A stretch of 64,000 nt of DNA, taken from positions 64,001 to 128,000 of the forward strand of contig CBDBCR010000001.1 of the NCBI GenBank assembly GCA_965203465.1, read 5' to 3'. Position 1 is the stretch's first letter, and every line of letters begins with the position of its first letter. Origin of the DNA: Nitrosopumilaceae archaeon (GTDB taxonomy: Archaea; Thermoproteota; Nitrososphaeria; Nitrososphaerales; Nitrosopumilaceae). Both the position numbers and the translations under genes were made by a program. The notes beneath the pieces are model-generated. The model saw only the letters and a list, made by a program, of their open reading frames with translations, was not told the DNA's origin and made no database searches. Positions 54,361-64,000 of the stretch are shown piece after piece.

Positions 54361-57300
54361 GTGTCCGTCGAGGCCTACCTCGACCGGTCCCCGACGCCGG
54401 AGGCCTACCGCAGGTATTTTCTGGAAATGTCCGAGGCGGTGGGCCGCGCGTTCGAGGCGGCCGCCGCCGCAAAGTCGACTCTTTCGGATGTCTCTGCCAA
54501 CGTCGAGCCCAAGATAGCCTACGATCTGGCCGACCGCGTCGCGCGCATGCACGACATCGACGTGGCCGGCCCCATCCGCACCATACTGGAGGAGCACTCG
54601 AAGGAGGAGGCCGCGCTGATCATGGCCACGCAGATAGCCGAGGGCAGGCACATGCCCCCCGAGACCGGGCTGGAAGAGAGGCTCGACGCGGCGGTCAGGG
54701 TGGGCCTGGCCATAGTGACCGAGGGCGTGACCATCGCGCCCCTGCAGGGCATCAGCGGCGTCAAGATCAGGGAGAACAAGGACGGGAGCCGGTACCTCTC
54801 GCTGTCCATAGCTGGGCCCATGCGGTCGGCCGGCGGCACCGAGTCGGCCGTGACCGTGCTGATAGCAGACCACGTCCGCAAGATAGCCGGCCTGGACAGG
54901 TACCGGGCCAACTCGCACGACGACGAGACGGGCAGGTTCGTCGAGGAGCTGCGCCTGTACGAGAGGCACGTGAAGGGCGGCAACTTCCAGTACCGGGTGG
55001 ACGACGAGGACGTCGTGTCCGTGATCTCCAACCTGCCGGTGGAGCTGGACGGCGTGGACACCGATCCGGTGGAGCTTGTCAACCACCGCAACATGGCGCG
55101 CATAAAGACCGACCGGGTCAGGGGCGGGGCGCTGCGGGTGCTCAACGACGGGCTCATCGGCAGGTCCAAAAAACTGCTGCGCCGCATCGAGATGTACCAC
55201 CTGGACGGCTGGGAGTGGCTCGCCGACCTGAAGGGGGCGGTGACCACCGGCGACGGCGAGGACGCGTCGGCAAAGAGGATGCGCGAGGTGATAGTGGGCC
55301 GCTCGGTGCTCTCCACGCCGGGCCGGCTCGGCGGCTTCCGGCTCCGGTACGGGCGCGCGTGCAACACCGGCTTCGCGTCCATCGGGTTCCACCCGGCCGT
55401 GGCCGAGCTGCTCGACCACACCATCGCGGCGGGCACGCAGGTAAAGATAGACATGCCCGGCAAGGGGGCCACCGTCGCGTTCGTAGATTCCATAGAGGGG
55501 CCGACCGTGCTTTTGCGCGGCGGCAGCGTCGTGCGCGTGCGCGACGCGGAGCACGCCCTTTCGGTAAAGCCCGAGCTCGAGCGCATACTGCACCTAGGCG
55601 ACGCGCTCGTCTCGTTCGGCGACTTTCTGGAGAACAACGCGCCGCTCGCGCCGACCGGGTACGTCGAAGAGTACTGGGCCGAGGAGGCGCGCGGCGCGCT
55701 GTCGGGCGCGGACGCGAAGTTTCTGCAGAAAGCGCCGAGCGCCGCCGAGGCGGCCGACCTGTCGCTGCGCCTGGGCGTGCCGCTGCACCCCAGATACCTG
55801 CACTACTGGGACCAGATAACCAACGACGAGCTGTCCGCGCTGCTGCACCCGGCCAGGAAGGAGGGGGGCGTGGCCTACCCGCTTTCGGCAAAGCCGGTGC
55901 TCGAAAAGATGGGCGTGGAGCACTCGGTCTCGGAGGGCGCGGCGCTGCTGGGCCCCGACGAGTCGGAGATCTTCGGGGCCCTGCTGTTCCGCAAAAAGGT
56001 GGAGATCGACCCCGACCTGCCTGCCATAGAGAACGCCTCGCGCGCCGGCATAGCGCTGCGCCCGAAATTTTCCACCGCCATTGGGGTGCGCATAGGCAGG
56101 CCGGAAAAGGCCGCCGCGCGCCACATGAAGCCGCCGGTCCACGTCCTCTTCCCGGTGGGCGACAAGGGGGGCGACATGCGCGACATCTGCAAGGCCGCAA
56201 AGGCGCCGCATTTTTTCGCCAACGTGGTCAACCGCGCCTGCCCGGCCTGCGGCCTGCCGTCGGCCGGCCTGCGCTGCCGCGAGTGCGGGCAGAGGACGCA
56301 GGTGCGCCGCTGGTGCTACAAGTGCAAGGATCTGCGCGATCAGGACCGCTGCCCGGCCTGCGGCGGGCGCACCACGCCGTACTCTTACCACGAGCTGCCC
56401 CTGCGCGAATCCCTGGCGCGCGCCGAGGCGGCCCTGGAGCGCAAGGCGCAGGAGCCGCTAAAGGGCGTGCGCGGCCTGCTCGGCCAGGACAAGGAGGCCG
56501 AGCCGCTCGAAAAGGGTATACTGCGGCAGGCGCACGGGATCACCGCTTTTCGGGACGGCACGGTAAGATACGACGCGACCAACTCGCCGCTGACCCACTT
56601 CCGCCCGTCGTGGATAGGCACCACGGCCGAGCGCCTCCGCGAGCTCGGCTACGAGGCCGACTCCGACGGCAGGCCGCTGTCAGACGACGGGCAGACCGTC
56701 GAGCTGCGCATGCAGGACGTGATACTGCCCGCAGAGTGCGGCCAGTTCCTGCTGCGCGCGGCAAAATACGTGGACGAGGAGCTCGTCCGCATATACGGCA
56801 GGGAGCCGTTCTACGGGATCGATTCGCCCGACGGCCTGGTGGGCCACCTGGTGGCCGGGCTTGCGCCGCACACCTCGGTGGGCGTCGTGGGCCGCGTGAT
56901 AGGGTTCACCGCCACGCAGGTCTGCTTCGCCTCGCCCATCTGGCACTCGGCCAAGAGGCGCGACGCGGACGGCGACGCCGACTCCGTGATGCTGCTCATG
57001 GACGCGCTGCTCAACTTTTCGCACAAGTTCCTCTCGGACCGGATAGGCGGGCTGATGGACGCCCCGCTGCTGGTGCAGCCGCTGGTCATGCCATACGAAT
57101 CGCAGCCGCAGGCGCACAACTTCGAGGTGGCCCGGTCGCTGCCCCTGCAGTTCTTCGAGGACACGCTGGCCGGCAAAAAGGCATCGGCCGTCGAGTGCGT
57201 GGATCTGGTCAAGAAGCGCATAGGCGGCCAGAGGCAGTTCGAGGGGTACGACTTTACCCACACCACATCGGGCCTGGTCACGTCGAGCCAGCGCAGCGCG

Positions 57301-57714
57301 TACGCCACGCTGGATTCCACGCTGGCCAAACTGGAGCTGCAGATACGCAACGCCGACCTGATAGACGCCGTGGACACCGACTCGATAGTCTCCAACATCA
57401 TACGCACGCACCTGGTGCGCGACATCATGGGGAACCTGCGCTCGTACGCAAAGCAGTCGTTCCGGTGCACCGCCTGCGGGAGGAAGTGGAGGCGCATGCC
57501 GCTGCAGAAGGCCTGCCCGTGCAACGGCCGCAACCGCCCCATACAGACGGTCACGCGCGCCTCGGTCGAAAAGTACATGGGCCACGCCAAGCGCCTGGTC
57601 TCAAAGTACGACGTGGGCAGGTACGACGCGGGGCGCATAGAGGCGCTCTCCGGCGAGGTGGAGATGGTCTTCGGGCGCAGCGTCAGCAGCCAGCAGCTTT
57701 TGGACGACTATTAG
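54361..57714 (+). CDS. polC: DNA polymerase D large subunit DP2, no intein seen
   Basis: GPMRSAGGT, GGFRLRYGR, IGVRIGRPEKA, DGTVRYDATN, LAPHTS, AKRRDADGDAD, GGLMDAPL, Zn fingers. Confidence 0.97.
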   Translation: MSVEAYLDRSPTPEAYRRYFLEMSEAVGRAFEAAAAAKSTLSDVSANVEPKIAYDLADRVARMHDIDVAGPIRTILEEHSKEEAALIMATQIAEGRHMPPETGLEERLDAAVRVGLAIVTEGVTIAPLQGISGVKIRENKDGSRYLSLSIAGPMRSAGGTESAVTVLIADHVRKIAGLDRYRANSHDDETGRFVEELRLYERHVKGGNFQYRVDDEDVVSVISNLPVELDGVDTDPVELVNHRNMARIKTDRVRGGALRVLNDGLIGRSKKLLRRIEMYHLDGWEWLADLKGAVTTGDGEDASAKRMREVIVGRSVLSTPGRLGGFRLRYGRACNTGFASIGFHPAVAELLDHTIAAGTQVKIDMPGKGATVAFVDSIEGPTVLLRGGSVVRVRDAEHALSVKPELERILHLGDALVSFGDFLENNAPLAPTGYVEEYWAEEARGALSGADAKFLQKAPSAAEAADLSLRLGVPLHPRYLHYWDQITNDELSALLHPARKEGGVAYPLSAKPVLEKMGVEHSVSEGAALLGPDESEIFGALLFRKKVEIDPDLPAIENASRAGIALRPKFSTAIGVRIGRPEKAAARHMKPPVHVLFPVGDKGGDMRDICKAAKAPHFFANVVNRACPACGLPSAGLRCRECGQRTQVRRWCYKCKDLRDQDRCPACGGRTTPYSYHELPLRESLARAEAALERKAQEPLKGVRGLLGQDKEAEPLEKGILRQAHGITAFRDGTVRYDATNSPLTHFRPSWIGTTAERLRELGYEADSDGRPLSDDGQTVELRMQDVILPAECGQFLLRAAKYVDEELVRIYGREPFYGIDSPDGLVGHLVAGLAPHTSVGVVGRVIGFTATQVCFASPIWHSAKRRDADGDADSVMLLMDALLNFSHKFLSDRIGGLMDAPLLVQPLVMPYESQPQAHNFEVARSLPLQFFEDTLAGKKASAVECVDLVKKRIGGQRQFEGYDFTHTTSGLVTSSQRSAYATLDSTLAKLELQIRNADLIDAVDTDSIVSNIIRTHLVRDIMGNLRSYAKQSFRCTACGRKWRRMPLQKACPCNGRNRPIQTVTRASVEKYMGHAKRLVSKYDVGRYDAGRIEALSGEVEMVFGRSVSSQQLLDDY

Positions 57715-59033
57715 CGCAGCTTTACGTACTCGTAGGCGCCCAGCTTTTTGTCGAAGCAAAAGCGCACCTTTTGGTACTTTTTGCGCAGCGCCTTTGCGCG
57801 CGCGCGGATCTTCTCGGGGTCGCGCCTCTCCACCACGGACTGCCGCATGAGGCCGGCGATCTGCGCCATCTGGTCCTTTTTCATCCCGAGGCGCGTGACC
57901 TCCGAGACGCCCAGCCGTATGCCGCCCGGCTTTGTGTAGTTGCGCCCCGCCTTGAGGTCGCCCGGGATGAGCTGGCGGTTGACTATGATGTTGCCCTTTT
58001 CGAGCGTCGCCTCGACGGCGCCCCCGTCGGCGTGCGCCGAGACGTCCACCGCCACCTGGTGGGATTCCGTAAAGCCGCGCGACTCGCCGAGCACCTTGAA
58101 CCCCTCGGCGCTCAGCGCCTCCGCCAGGGCGCGCGCGTTCTTTACCACCTGCTCGGCGTAGTCTTTGCCGAACTCGAGCGCCTCTGCGAACGCGACGGCC
58201 TTGGCGCCCATGTGGTGTATGTGGTGGCTGCTCGTCAGGCCCGGGAACGTGGCCTTTTTTATCGCCTCGGCGTGCTCTCCGCCGCCGAGCACCATGCCGC
58301 CCTGCGGCCCGAAGAGCGTCTTGTGCGTGCTCATCGTGACCGTCTGCGCGCCCTCTTTGAGGGGATCCTGGAACTTCCTGCCGGCTATCAGGCCCGAGAC
58401 GTGCGCTGCGTCGTAGTTTACGTGCATGCCGTATTCTTTCAGCGTGTCCGCGAGCTCCTCTACCGGGTGCGGGAACAAAAACAGCGACCCGCCGAACATG
58501 GCCATCTTGGGCCGCCTGCCCGCCGCGTCCAGATCGGCGGCCTTTTTCTTGGCCTTGTCGACGTCTATGGTCATGCGCTCGGGATCGAACGGGAAGAACT
58601 CGATGTCGAGCCCGTGGACCAGCCCCGCGGTCCCAGAGTGCTCCTTTTTGCCGTGCGATATGTGGCCGCCCGACGGTATGGAGGGGGCCAGCATCACGTC
58701 GCCCGGATCGGTGAACGCCGAATAGACGGCCAGGTTGGCCACGACGCCCGAGATGGGCCGCACGTCGGCAAAGTCGGCGCGGAAGAGCCTCTTTGCCAGC
58801 CGCATGCACTCGAACTCGACCTCGTCAATGTACGAGCAGCCCGCGTACACGCGCTCGCCCGGCCACCCTTCGGCGTACCTGTTCCCAAAGTCCGAGATGA
58901 GCGCCTCGCGCACGGCCGGGCTGGGCACGTTCTCGCTGGCTATGAGGGGCACGGCCTCGGAGAACCACTTGTTGTGCGACTTTAGCTTGTCGAAGATGCG
59001 GTCGTAGGAGGCGCGGTTGGCCGACTTTGCCAT
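57711..59033 (-). CDS. glyA: Serine hydroxymethyltransferase
   Basis: LIASEN, NRYAEGWPG, GGHISH, YDAAHV, STHKTLFGPQGG, GIRLG. Confidence 0.97.
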   Translation of the reverse strand: MAKSANRASYDRIFDKLKSHNKWFSEAVPLIASENVPSPAVREALISDFGNRYAEGWPGERVYAGCSYIDEVEFECMRLAKRLFRADFADVRPISGVVANLAVYSAFTDPGDVMLAPSIPSGGHISHGKKEHSGTAGLVHGLDIEFFPFDPERMTIDVDKAKKKAADLDAAGRRPKMAMFGGSLFLFPHPVEELADTLKEYGMHVNYDAAHVSGLIAGRKFQDPLKEGAQTVTMSTHKTLFGPQGGMVLGGGEHAEAIKKATFPGLTSSHHIHHMGAKAVAFAEALEFGKDYAEQVVKNARALAEALSAEGFKVLGESRGFTESHQVAVDVSAHADGGAVEATLEKGNIIVNRQLIPGDLKAGRNYTKPGGIRLGVSEVTRLGMKKDQMAQIAGLMRQSVVERRDPEKIRARAKALRKKYQKVRFCFDKKLGAYEYVKLR

Positions 59034-59514
59034 GCCGGATCCGGCCCTCTGCCCACATTAAAACCACGGCATCGGGCCCCGGCCCGCCGCCTTTCCGGCG
59101 CGGAAAGCCCCGTTCCGCGGCCCGAGACTCGCGGACGGCGCCGCCTCCGGTTTACGTAACGCTGTCGAATCCTGTAGTGCCCGTAACCGTATTTGCTCTG
59201 GATCTACTCCGTTGACGGCGGCATCGCGGCTGTGGCCTTTCCACTGTCCAACTTGGCGTTCTGGCTGCCCGTCGCCCACTTGGCAGACGCGCCGTCGGCA
59301 AAGGCTCGCGGGCGGCGGGTCCGACTGCGCGCTGAAAGCCGAGCTTGGCGGCCGCCACGGCGGGCGCGCTTTCTTGCCCGCACAAGCAGAGCGTCCGTGC
59401 CGTATCTTGTTCGTGCGCCCGACTCTGGCATCGGGTGGCATGCCGCTTTTTGTACACCAGAACAGAGCCGAGAACCCATACGGTTATTTAGATACGGATC
59501 GGGGGCGGCCGGAC

Positions 59515-62500
59515 GTGATTGTTCTGCACGCGGGCGAGCTCGACGGCTCCCTCGCGCTCTGGGGCGAGCTGTCTGACGCGCCCGCGAAAAAGGCACCCAA
59601 GGGCGCCCACCCGTTCTCCGCGGACTGGCAGGAGATTAGGGACGCGCTCGCCGAGCACGGCATGGACGTGCGCCGCAGCCATTCGGTCGCCGGCATCTGG
59701 CTGCCGAGCGTCCGCGGCGCGCCGATCCCGTCGGGCCAGGCTCTGGCGGGCCCGCACAAGAGGGCCGGCCTCAGGCGGTGGGACGTAGAGGCCGCGTGGC
59801 TCTCGCCCGGCGACGCCGCGCGGTTGCTGGCCGCCGCGCGCGGCGGCGGCCCCGTGGCCGGCATGGCCGCCGGCCCCGACTTGGCGTACTGGTCCGACGC
59901 GCTGCGCCTCGCCGCCTCGATGGTGACGCGCCAGCGCGTCCTGCCCGACCTTGTCGAAGAGCACGGCAAGTACAGCGCCGTGTGGCGGCCGGTCCTGGTG
60001 GGCAAGGACTACGAGCGCTTCGCCGCGCTGGCCAAGCGCATGCCGCCGGCCGGCCGCGCGTTCGACCGCGGCACCAAGACGCCCCCCAAGAGCCCGCCGG
60101 CCGAGGCGCTCGGGCGCATCCTCTCGGCTCTGGCAGACCACCTGGTGCGCTCCGCCGCGTCGGCCGCGATGCCGGCCGCGTACTCGCGCCGGCGCCGCTT
60201 CGACAGCGCGCACGACTCGTGGCTGCACGGCCTGAGGGCGGCCGACGGCGTGCTCAACGATTCGGAAGAGGCCGCCGAGCTCGCCGCCAGCGTGCGCGAA
60301 TGGCAGCGGCCCGTCTCGGTCGCGCACGACTCCCCGTTCCGGCTCTGCTTTCGGCTGGAGGAGCCGGAAAACCCGAAGGCCAAGCCCTCGTCGCACGCGT
60401 GGTTCGTCAGGTACCTGATACAGTCCCGCAGCGATCCTAGCCTGACCGTGCCTGCCGGCTCTGCGGGCAGGAAGAACGGGGCCACCGAGGCGCTGGGCAA
60501 GCACGGCCTGCACGCAAAAGAGTTCCTGCTCACGTCGCTGGGGCAGGCCGCCGGCATAGTGGACGGCATGTCCGGCAGGCTCGAAAAGCACGGCCTGCAC
60601 GGGTACTCGCTCGACGCGGCCGGCGCGTACAGGTTCCTGAGCGAGGAGGCGCCGGTCCTGGAGCAGCTGGGGTACGGCATCATCCTGCCCGCGTGGTGGG
60701 TGGGCGGCGGCACAAAGTCCAAGCTCTCGGCGCAGGCAAGCGTCGCCCCGTCCATGCGCGCAAAGGGCAACCTCACCCTCAACTCGATCGTAAAGTTCGA
60801 CTGGAAGCTATCGCTGGGCGGCCAAAAGGTCACCCTCAAGGAGATGCAGGCGCTGGTCAGGGCAAAGTCGCCGCTGGTCAGCATACGCGGGCAGTGGGTC
60901 GAGACCGGCTCGGGTGAGATCCGGCGGGCCGTGGACTTTCTGGCCAAGCAAAAGCGGGGCACCCTGGGCGGCTCTATCATGATGGAGTTCGGCACCAAGC
61001 CGGCGCTCGAAAACCTGGACGTCAGCATGACGAGCCGGGATCCCCGGGTCTCGGACATACTGGGCAGGCTGAGGGGCGACGCGTCCATGGAAAAGCTGCC
61101 GCAGCCGGAGGGGTTTTCGGGCAAGCTGCGCCCCTACCAGAAGCGCGGGTTCTGGTGGCTCGCGTTCCTACAGGAGCTGGGCCTCGGGGGGTGCCTAGCC
61201 GACGACATGGGCCTGGGCAAGACCGTCCAGATGCTGGCGCTGATCCAGAGGTACAGGCGGGAGGGGGGCAAGGGGCCGGTCCTGCTGGTGTGCCCCACGT
61301 CCGTGATGGACAACTGGAGCAAGGAGGCCTCCCGGTTCGCCCCCGAGCTTTCGACGGCGATACACCACGGCGCCGGCAGGAAAAAGAACAAGGCGTTCGC
61401 CAAAGAGGCGGCCGGCTGCGACGTGGTCATAACCAGCTACGCGCTACTGCACCGCGACGTCGGGTTCGTCTCCAAGGTGTGGTGGGGAGGGGCCGTGCTC
61501 GACGAGGCGCAGAACGTAAAGAACCCCTCCACCAAGCAGGCGCGGGCGGTGCGCTCGCTCGACGCCGACTTCCGCTTCGCGCTGACCGGCACGCCCGTGG
61601 AGAACAACGTGGGCGACATCTGGTCCATAATGGAGTTCCTCAACCCGGGGCTGCTGGGCACCCAGGCCGACTTTAAGCGCCGGTTTTTCGTGCCGATACA
61701 CGCGCGCGGGGACGACGGCGCGGCCCGCGCCCTGCGGCACACCCTCGGCCCGTTCATGCTGCGCAGGCTAAAGACGGACAAGTCGATAATCTCGGACCTG
61801 CCCAAAAAGATGGAGATGAACGTGTACTGCTCGCTGACCAAGGAGCAGGCCTCACTGTACGCCTCGGTACTGGCCGACTTGGAGGAAAAGCTCAACTCGG
61901 CCGAGGGCATCGGGCGCAAGGGCCTGATACTGGCGATCCTCTCAAAGCTGAAGCAGGTCTGCAACCACCCGGCGCACTTCCTCAAAGACCGCTCCGCGGT
62001 GCCGGGCAGGTCGGGCAAGCTGGCCAGGCTCACCGAGATGCTCGAGGAGGTGATCGGCGCCGGCGAGCGGGCGCTGGTCTTTACGCAGTTCGTCGAGATG
62101 GGCGAGATCCTCCAAAGGCACCTGCAGGAGACGTTCGGGCGCGAGGTGCTGTTTCTGCACGGCGGCGTGCCCAAGCGGCGGCGCGACGGGATGGTCGAGC
62201 GCTTCCAGGGGGGAGGCAGCAGCGTCCTGATAGTCTCGCTCAAGGCCGGCGGCACGGGGCTGAACCTGACGGCGGCCAACCACGTGTTCCATTTCGACCG
62301 CTGGTGGAACCCGGCCGTGGAAAACCAGGCCACCGACAGGGCCTTCCGCATAGGCCAGAGGCGCAACGTCCACGTGTACAAGATGGTCTGCGTGGGGACC
62401 ATGGAGGAGCACATCGACGACCTGATACGGAGCAAGAAAAAGATCTCCGAGACGGTGGTAGGCGCCGGCGAGGGGTGGCTCACCGAGATGTCCAACAGGG

Positions 62501-62547
62501 ACATAAGCCATGTCCTGGCCCTGAGCGGGGAGGCCACCCGGATATGA
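59515..62547 (+). CDS. SNF2/SWI2-family helicase-like ATPase with long N-terminal (DUF3670-type) region
   Basis: LRPYQ..G, LADDMGLGKT, LDEAQNVKN, LTGTPVENN, LKQVCNHP, SLKAGGTGLNLT, WWNPAVENQATDRAFRIGQ; GTG 22 nt after TTTAGA. Confidence 0.93.
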   Translation: MIVLHAGELDGSLALWGELSDAPAKKAPKGAHPFSADWQEIRDALAEHGMDVRRSHSVAGIWLPSVRGAPIPSGQALAGPHKRAGLRRWDVEAAWLSPGDAARLLAAARGGGPVAGMAAGPDLAYWSDALRLAASMVTRQRVLPDLVEEHGKYSAVWRPVLVGKDYERFAALAKRMPPAGRAFDRGTKTPPKSPPAEALGRILSALADHLVRSAASAAMPAAYSRRRRFDSAHDSWLHGLRAADGVLNDSEEAAELAASVREWQRPVSVAHDSPFRLCFRLEEPENPKAKPSSHAWFVRYLIQSRSDPSLTVPAGSAGRKNGATEALGKHGLHAKEFLLTSLGQAAGIVDGMSGRLEKHGLHGYSLDAAGAYRFLSEEAPVLEQLGYGIILPAWWVGGGTKSKLSAQASVAPSMRAKGNLTLNSIVKFDWKLSLGGQKVTLKEMQALVRAKSPLVSIRGQWVETGSGEIRRAVDFLAKQKRGTLGGSIMMEFGTKPALENLDVSMTSRDPRVSDILGRLRGDASMEKLPQPEGFSGKLRPYQKRGFWWLAFLQELGLGGCLADDMGLGKTVQMLALIQRYRREGGKGPVLLVCPTSVMDNWSKEASRFAPELSTAIHHGAGRKKNKAFAKEAAGCDVVITSYALLHRDVGFVSKVWWGGAVLDEAQNVKNPSTKQARAVRSLDADFRFALTGTPVENNVGDIWSIMEFLNPGLLGTQADFKRRFFVPIHARGDDGAARALRHTLGPFMLRRLKTDKSIISDLPKKMEMNVYCSLTKEQASLYASVLADLEEKLNSAEGIGRKGLILAILSKLKQVCNHPAHFLKDRSAVPGRSGKLARLTEMLEEVIGAGERALVFTQFVEMGEILQRHLQETFGREVLFLHGGVPKRRRDGMVERFQGGGSSVLIVSLKAGGTGLNLTAANHVFHFDRWWNPAVENQATDRAFRIGQRRNVHVYKMVCVGTMEEHIDDLIRSKKKISETVVGAGEGWLTEMSNRDISHVLALSGEATRI

Positions 62548-63419
62548 TGTACTTTTACCCGCCCTCCAAGCCCCGCAGGGTGAAGGGCGGCATAAAGGCG
62601 CAGGCGCGCGGCGGCAAGTCCGGCGCCAGCTGGTGGGCCAGGCGGTGGCTCGCGCTGCTCGACGACTTTGACATCGGCGCGAGGATGAGCCGCGGCAGGT
62701 CGTACGCGCGCCACGGCCAGGTGACGGATCTTGAAATATCGGGCGGCCGGGCCAGCGCGTCGGTGCAGGGTTCCATGTCGGAGGCCTACCAGGTCAGCAT
62801 CGGGTTCGAGGTTATCGGGGAGCGGCAGTGGAAGGAGCTGGCCCGGGAGCTGTTCTCAAAACCGGCCGCGGCGGCCAGCCTGCTGGCCGGGCGCATGCCG
62901 GAGGACGTCGAAAAGTCGTTCAAGGCCGCCGGCCTGCACCTCTTCCCGCGCAGGGGATCCGATCTGGACACAGAGTGCTCGTGCCCGGACTGGTCCAACC
63001 CGTGCAAGCACACGGTGGCCGTCTTTTACCTGCTGGCAGAAGAGTTCGAGCGCGACCCGTTCCTCATATTCAAGCTGCGCGGCTCGGGCAGAAAAGAGCT
63101 CGTAAAGATGGTGAAACTCGGCTCGGCGCGCAAGGCCGGGCCGCGCCCCGGGCCGCCGGGCCCCGCGCTGGACGAGCGGCCCGAGCCGCTGCCCTCGGAT
63201 CCGGGCAAGTTCTGGGGGCAGGAGGCGGGCAGGTACGACCCGGGCGACGCGTTCGTCCCCAAGATACCGGCGGCGCTGCCCAAGCAGCTGGGCAACTTCC
63301 CCTTTTGGCGGGGGGAGGAGGAGTTCATGGAGGCCATGGAAAAGGCCTACCAGGGCGCCTCGGAGGCCGGCATGGACGCCCTGCTGGGCGAGGACGGCGG
63401 CAGGGGGCGCCGCGCGTAG
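62544..63419 (+). CDS. SWIM zinc-finger protein, translationally coupled to the SNF2 gene
   Basis: RGRSYAR.GQV, VQGS...[23 protein letters not shown]; ATGA overlap. Confidence 0.9.
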   Translation: MMYFYPPSKPRRVKGGIKAQARGGKSGASWWARRWLALLDDFDIGARMSRGRSYARHGQVTDLEISGGRASASVQGSMSEAYQVSIGFEVIGERQWKELARELFSKPAAAASLLAGRMPEDVEKSFKAAGLHLFPRRGSDLDTECSCPDWSNPCKHTVAVFYLLAEEFERDPFLIFKLRGSGRKELVKMVKLGSARKAGPRPGPPGPALDERPEPLPSDPGKFWGQEAGRYDPGDAFVPKIPAALPKQLGNFPFWRGEEEFMEAMEKAYQGASEAGMDALLGEDGGRGRRA

Positions 63420-63537
63420 CGCCCGGCGGCCCCGCGGGGCCCGGATCCGGCCCCGCGGCGCGGCCCGTTCCAAGATCGTAGAGCCAGGCGGCCATTGGCA
63501 AGGTATAAAACAGCCCCTTTGGAGGCCGCGTGCGTAC

Positions 63538-64000
63538 ATGAGCGCCACGAGCAAAGGCACCATGCCGGTAGTCCTGCTCAAAGAGGGATCTACCGAAAAC
63601 AAGGGCCGCGACGCGCAGAAGAACAACATCTCTGCATGCAAGATCATAGCCGAGATCGTCCACACCAGCCTCGGGCCGCGGGGCATGGACAAGATGCTCG
63701 TGGATTCGCTGGGCGACGTCACCATAACCAACGACGGCGCCACGATCCTCAAGGAGATAGACGTGCAGCACCCGGCCGCCAAGATGATGGTCGAGGTCTC
63801 AAAGACGACCGACAACGAGGTCGGCGACGGCACCACCTCGGCGGTGGTCTTGGGCGGATCCCTGCTGGAGAACGCAGAATCGCTCATCGAGCAGGACGTC
63901 CACCCGACCGTCATCGTGGACGGCTACCGCAAGGCGGGCAAAAAGGCGGCCCAGTACCTAAAGGACATATCGGACAAGGTGGAGGCCTCGGACAAGTCCA
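63538..64000 (+). CDS. ths: Thermosome (group II chaperonin) subunit, 5' part
   Basis: [35 protein letters not shown]; TATAAA upstream. Confidence 0.96.
   Translation, partial: MSATSKGTMPVVLLKEGSTENKGRDAQKNNISACKIIAEIVHTSLGPRGMDKMLVDSLGDVTITNDGATILKEIDVQHPAAKMMVEVSKTTDNEVGDGTTSAVVLGGSLLENAESLIEQDVHPTVIVDGYRKAGKKAAQYLKDISDKVEASDKS

Noticed and set aside
54361-57714. Possible intein in DP2 (also checked for cdc6)
   Set aside because: Lengths are ordinary, motifs are contiguous, and no HN-C/S/T splice junction was seen
55215-58985. 1256-aa plus-strand ORF and many other long Arg/Ala/Gly/Pro-rich ORFs (e.g. 1365-3281, 45949-47898)
   Set aside because: Shadow or antisense frames of recognisable genes, expected at this GC content
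63459-63472. GCGCGGCCCGTTCC also present at ~20565
   Set aside because: A GC-rich 14-mer at different distances from the TATA boxes; plausible by chance

Overview
Chromosomal segment of a very GC-rich ammonia-oxidising-type archaeon (Nitrososphaerota/Thaumarchaeota, Nitrosopumilaceae-like). A Cenarchaeum-like host-associated lineage is plausible but is inference. The taxonomic call rests on PolD DP1/DP2, cdc6 with ORB boxes, GGGP synthase, AcnX mevalonate genes, two CdvB/ESCRT-III paralogues, thermosome, CFI-box-CTERM surface proteins and leaderless genes about 21-24 nt after TATA boxes. The window contains the cdc6-linked replication origin (~51.2-51.5 kb) and core genes for cobalamin (cbiT/L/F/E), sulfate assimilation (sat, cysH), 7-deazaguanine synthesis (folE, queE, queC), purD and glyA. 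Small accessory islets are scattered through it: a partial type IIG-like R-M gene facing a MORC/GHKL ATPase with an AbiEi-like tail, an AT-rich ORFan next to dprA, an orphan m4C MTase, a TdeIII-like R-M pair, a lone PD-(D/E)XK nuclease and a SNF2+SWIM pair. The most interesting unexplained signals are (i) two intergenic, TATA-preceded, ~115-120 nt structured ncRNA candidates with the same overall architecture, (ii) a ~65-100 bp palindromic element present twice, each beside horizontally acquired nuclease or R-M genes, (iii) a ~96% identical 323-bp CFI-box-CTERM module on two unrelated surface proteins, and (iv) a glutamate-racemase homologue with both catalytic Cys replaced by Ser. No tRNA, rRNA, CRISPR array, transposase or integrase was recognised. 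All calls are by eye, without database searches.
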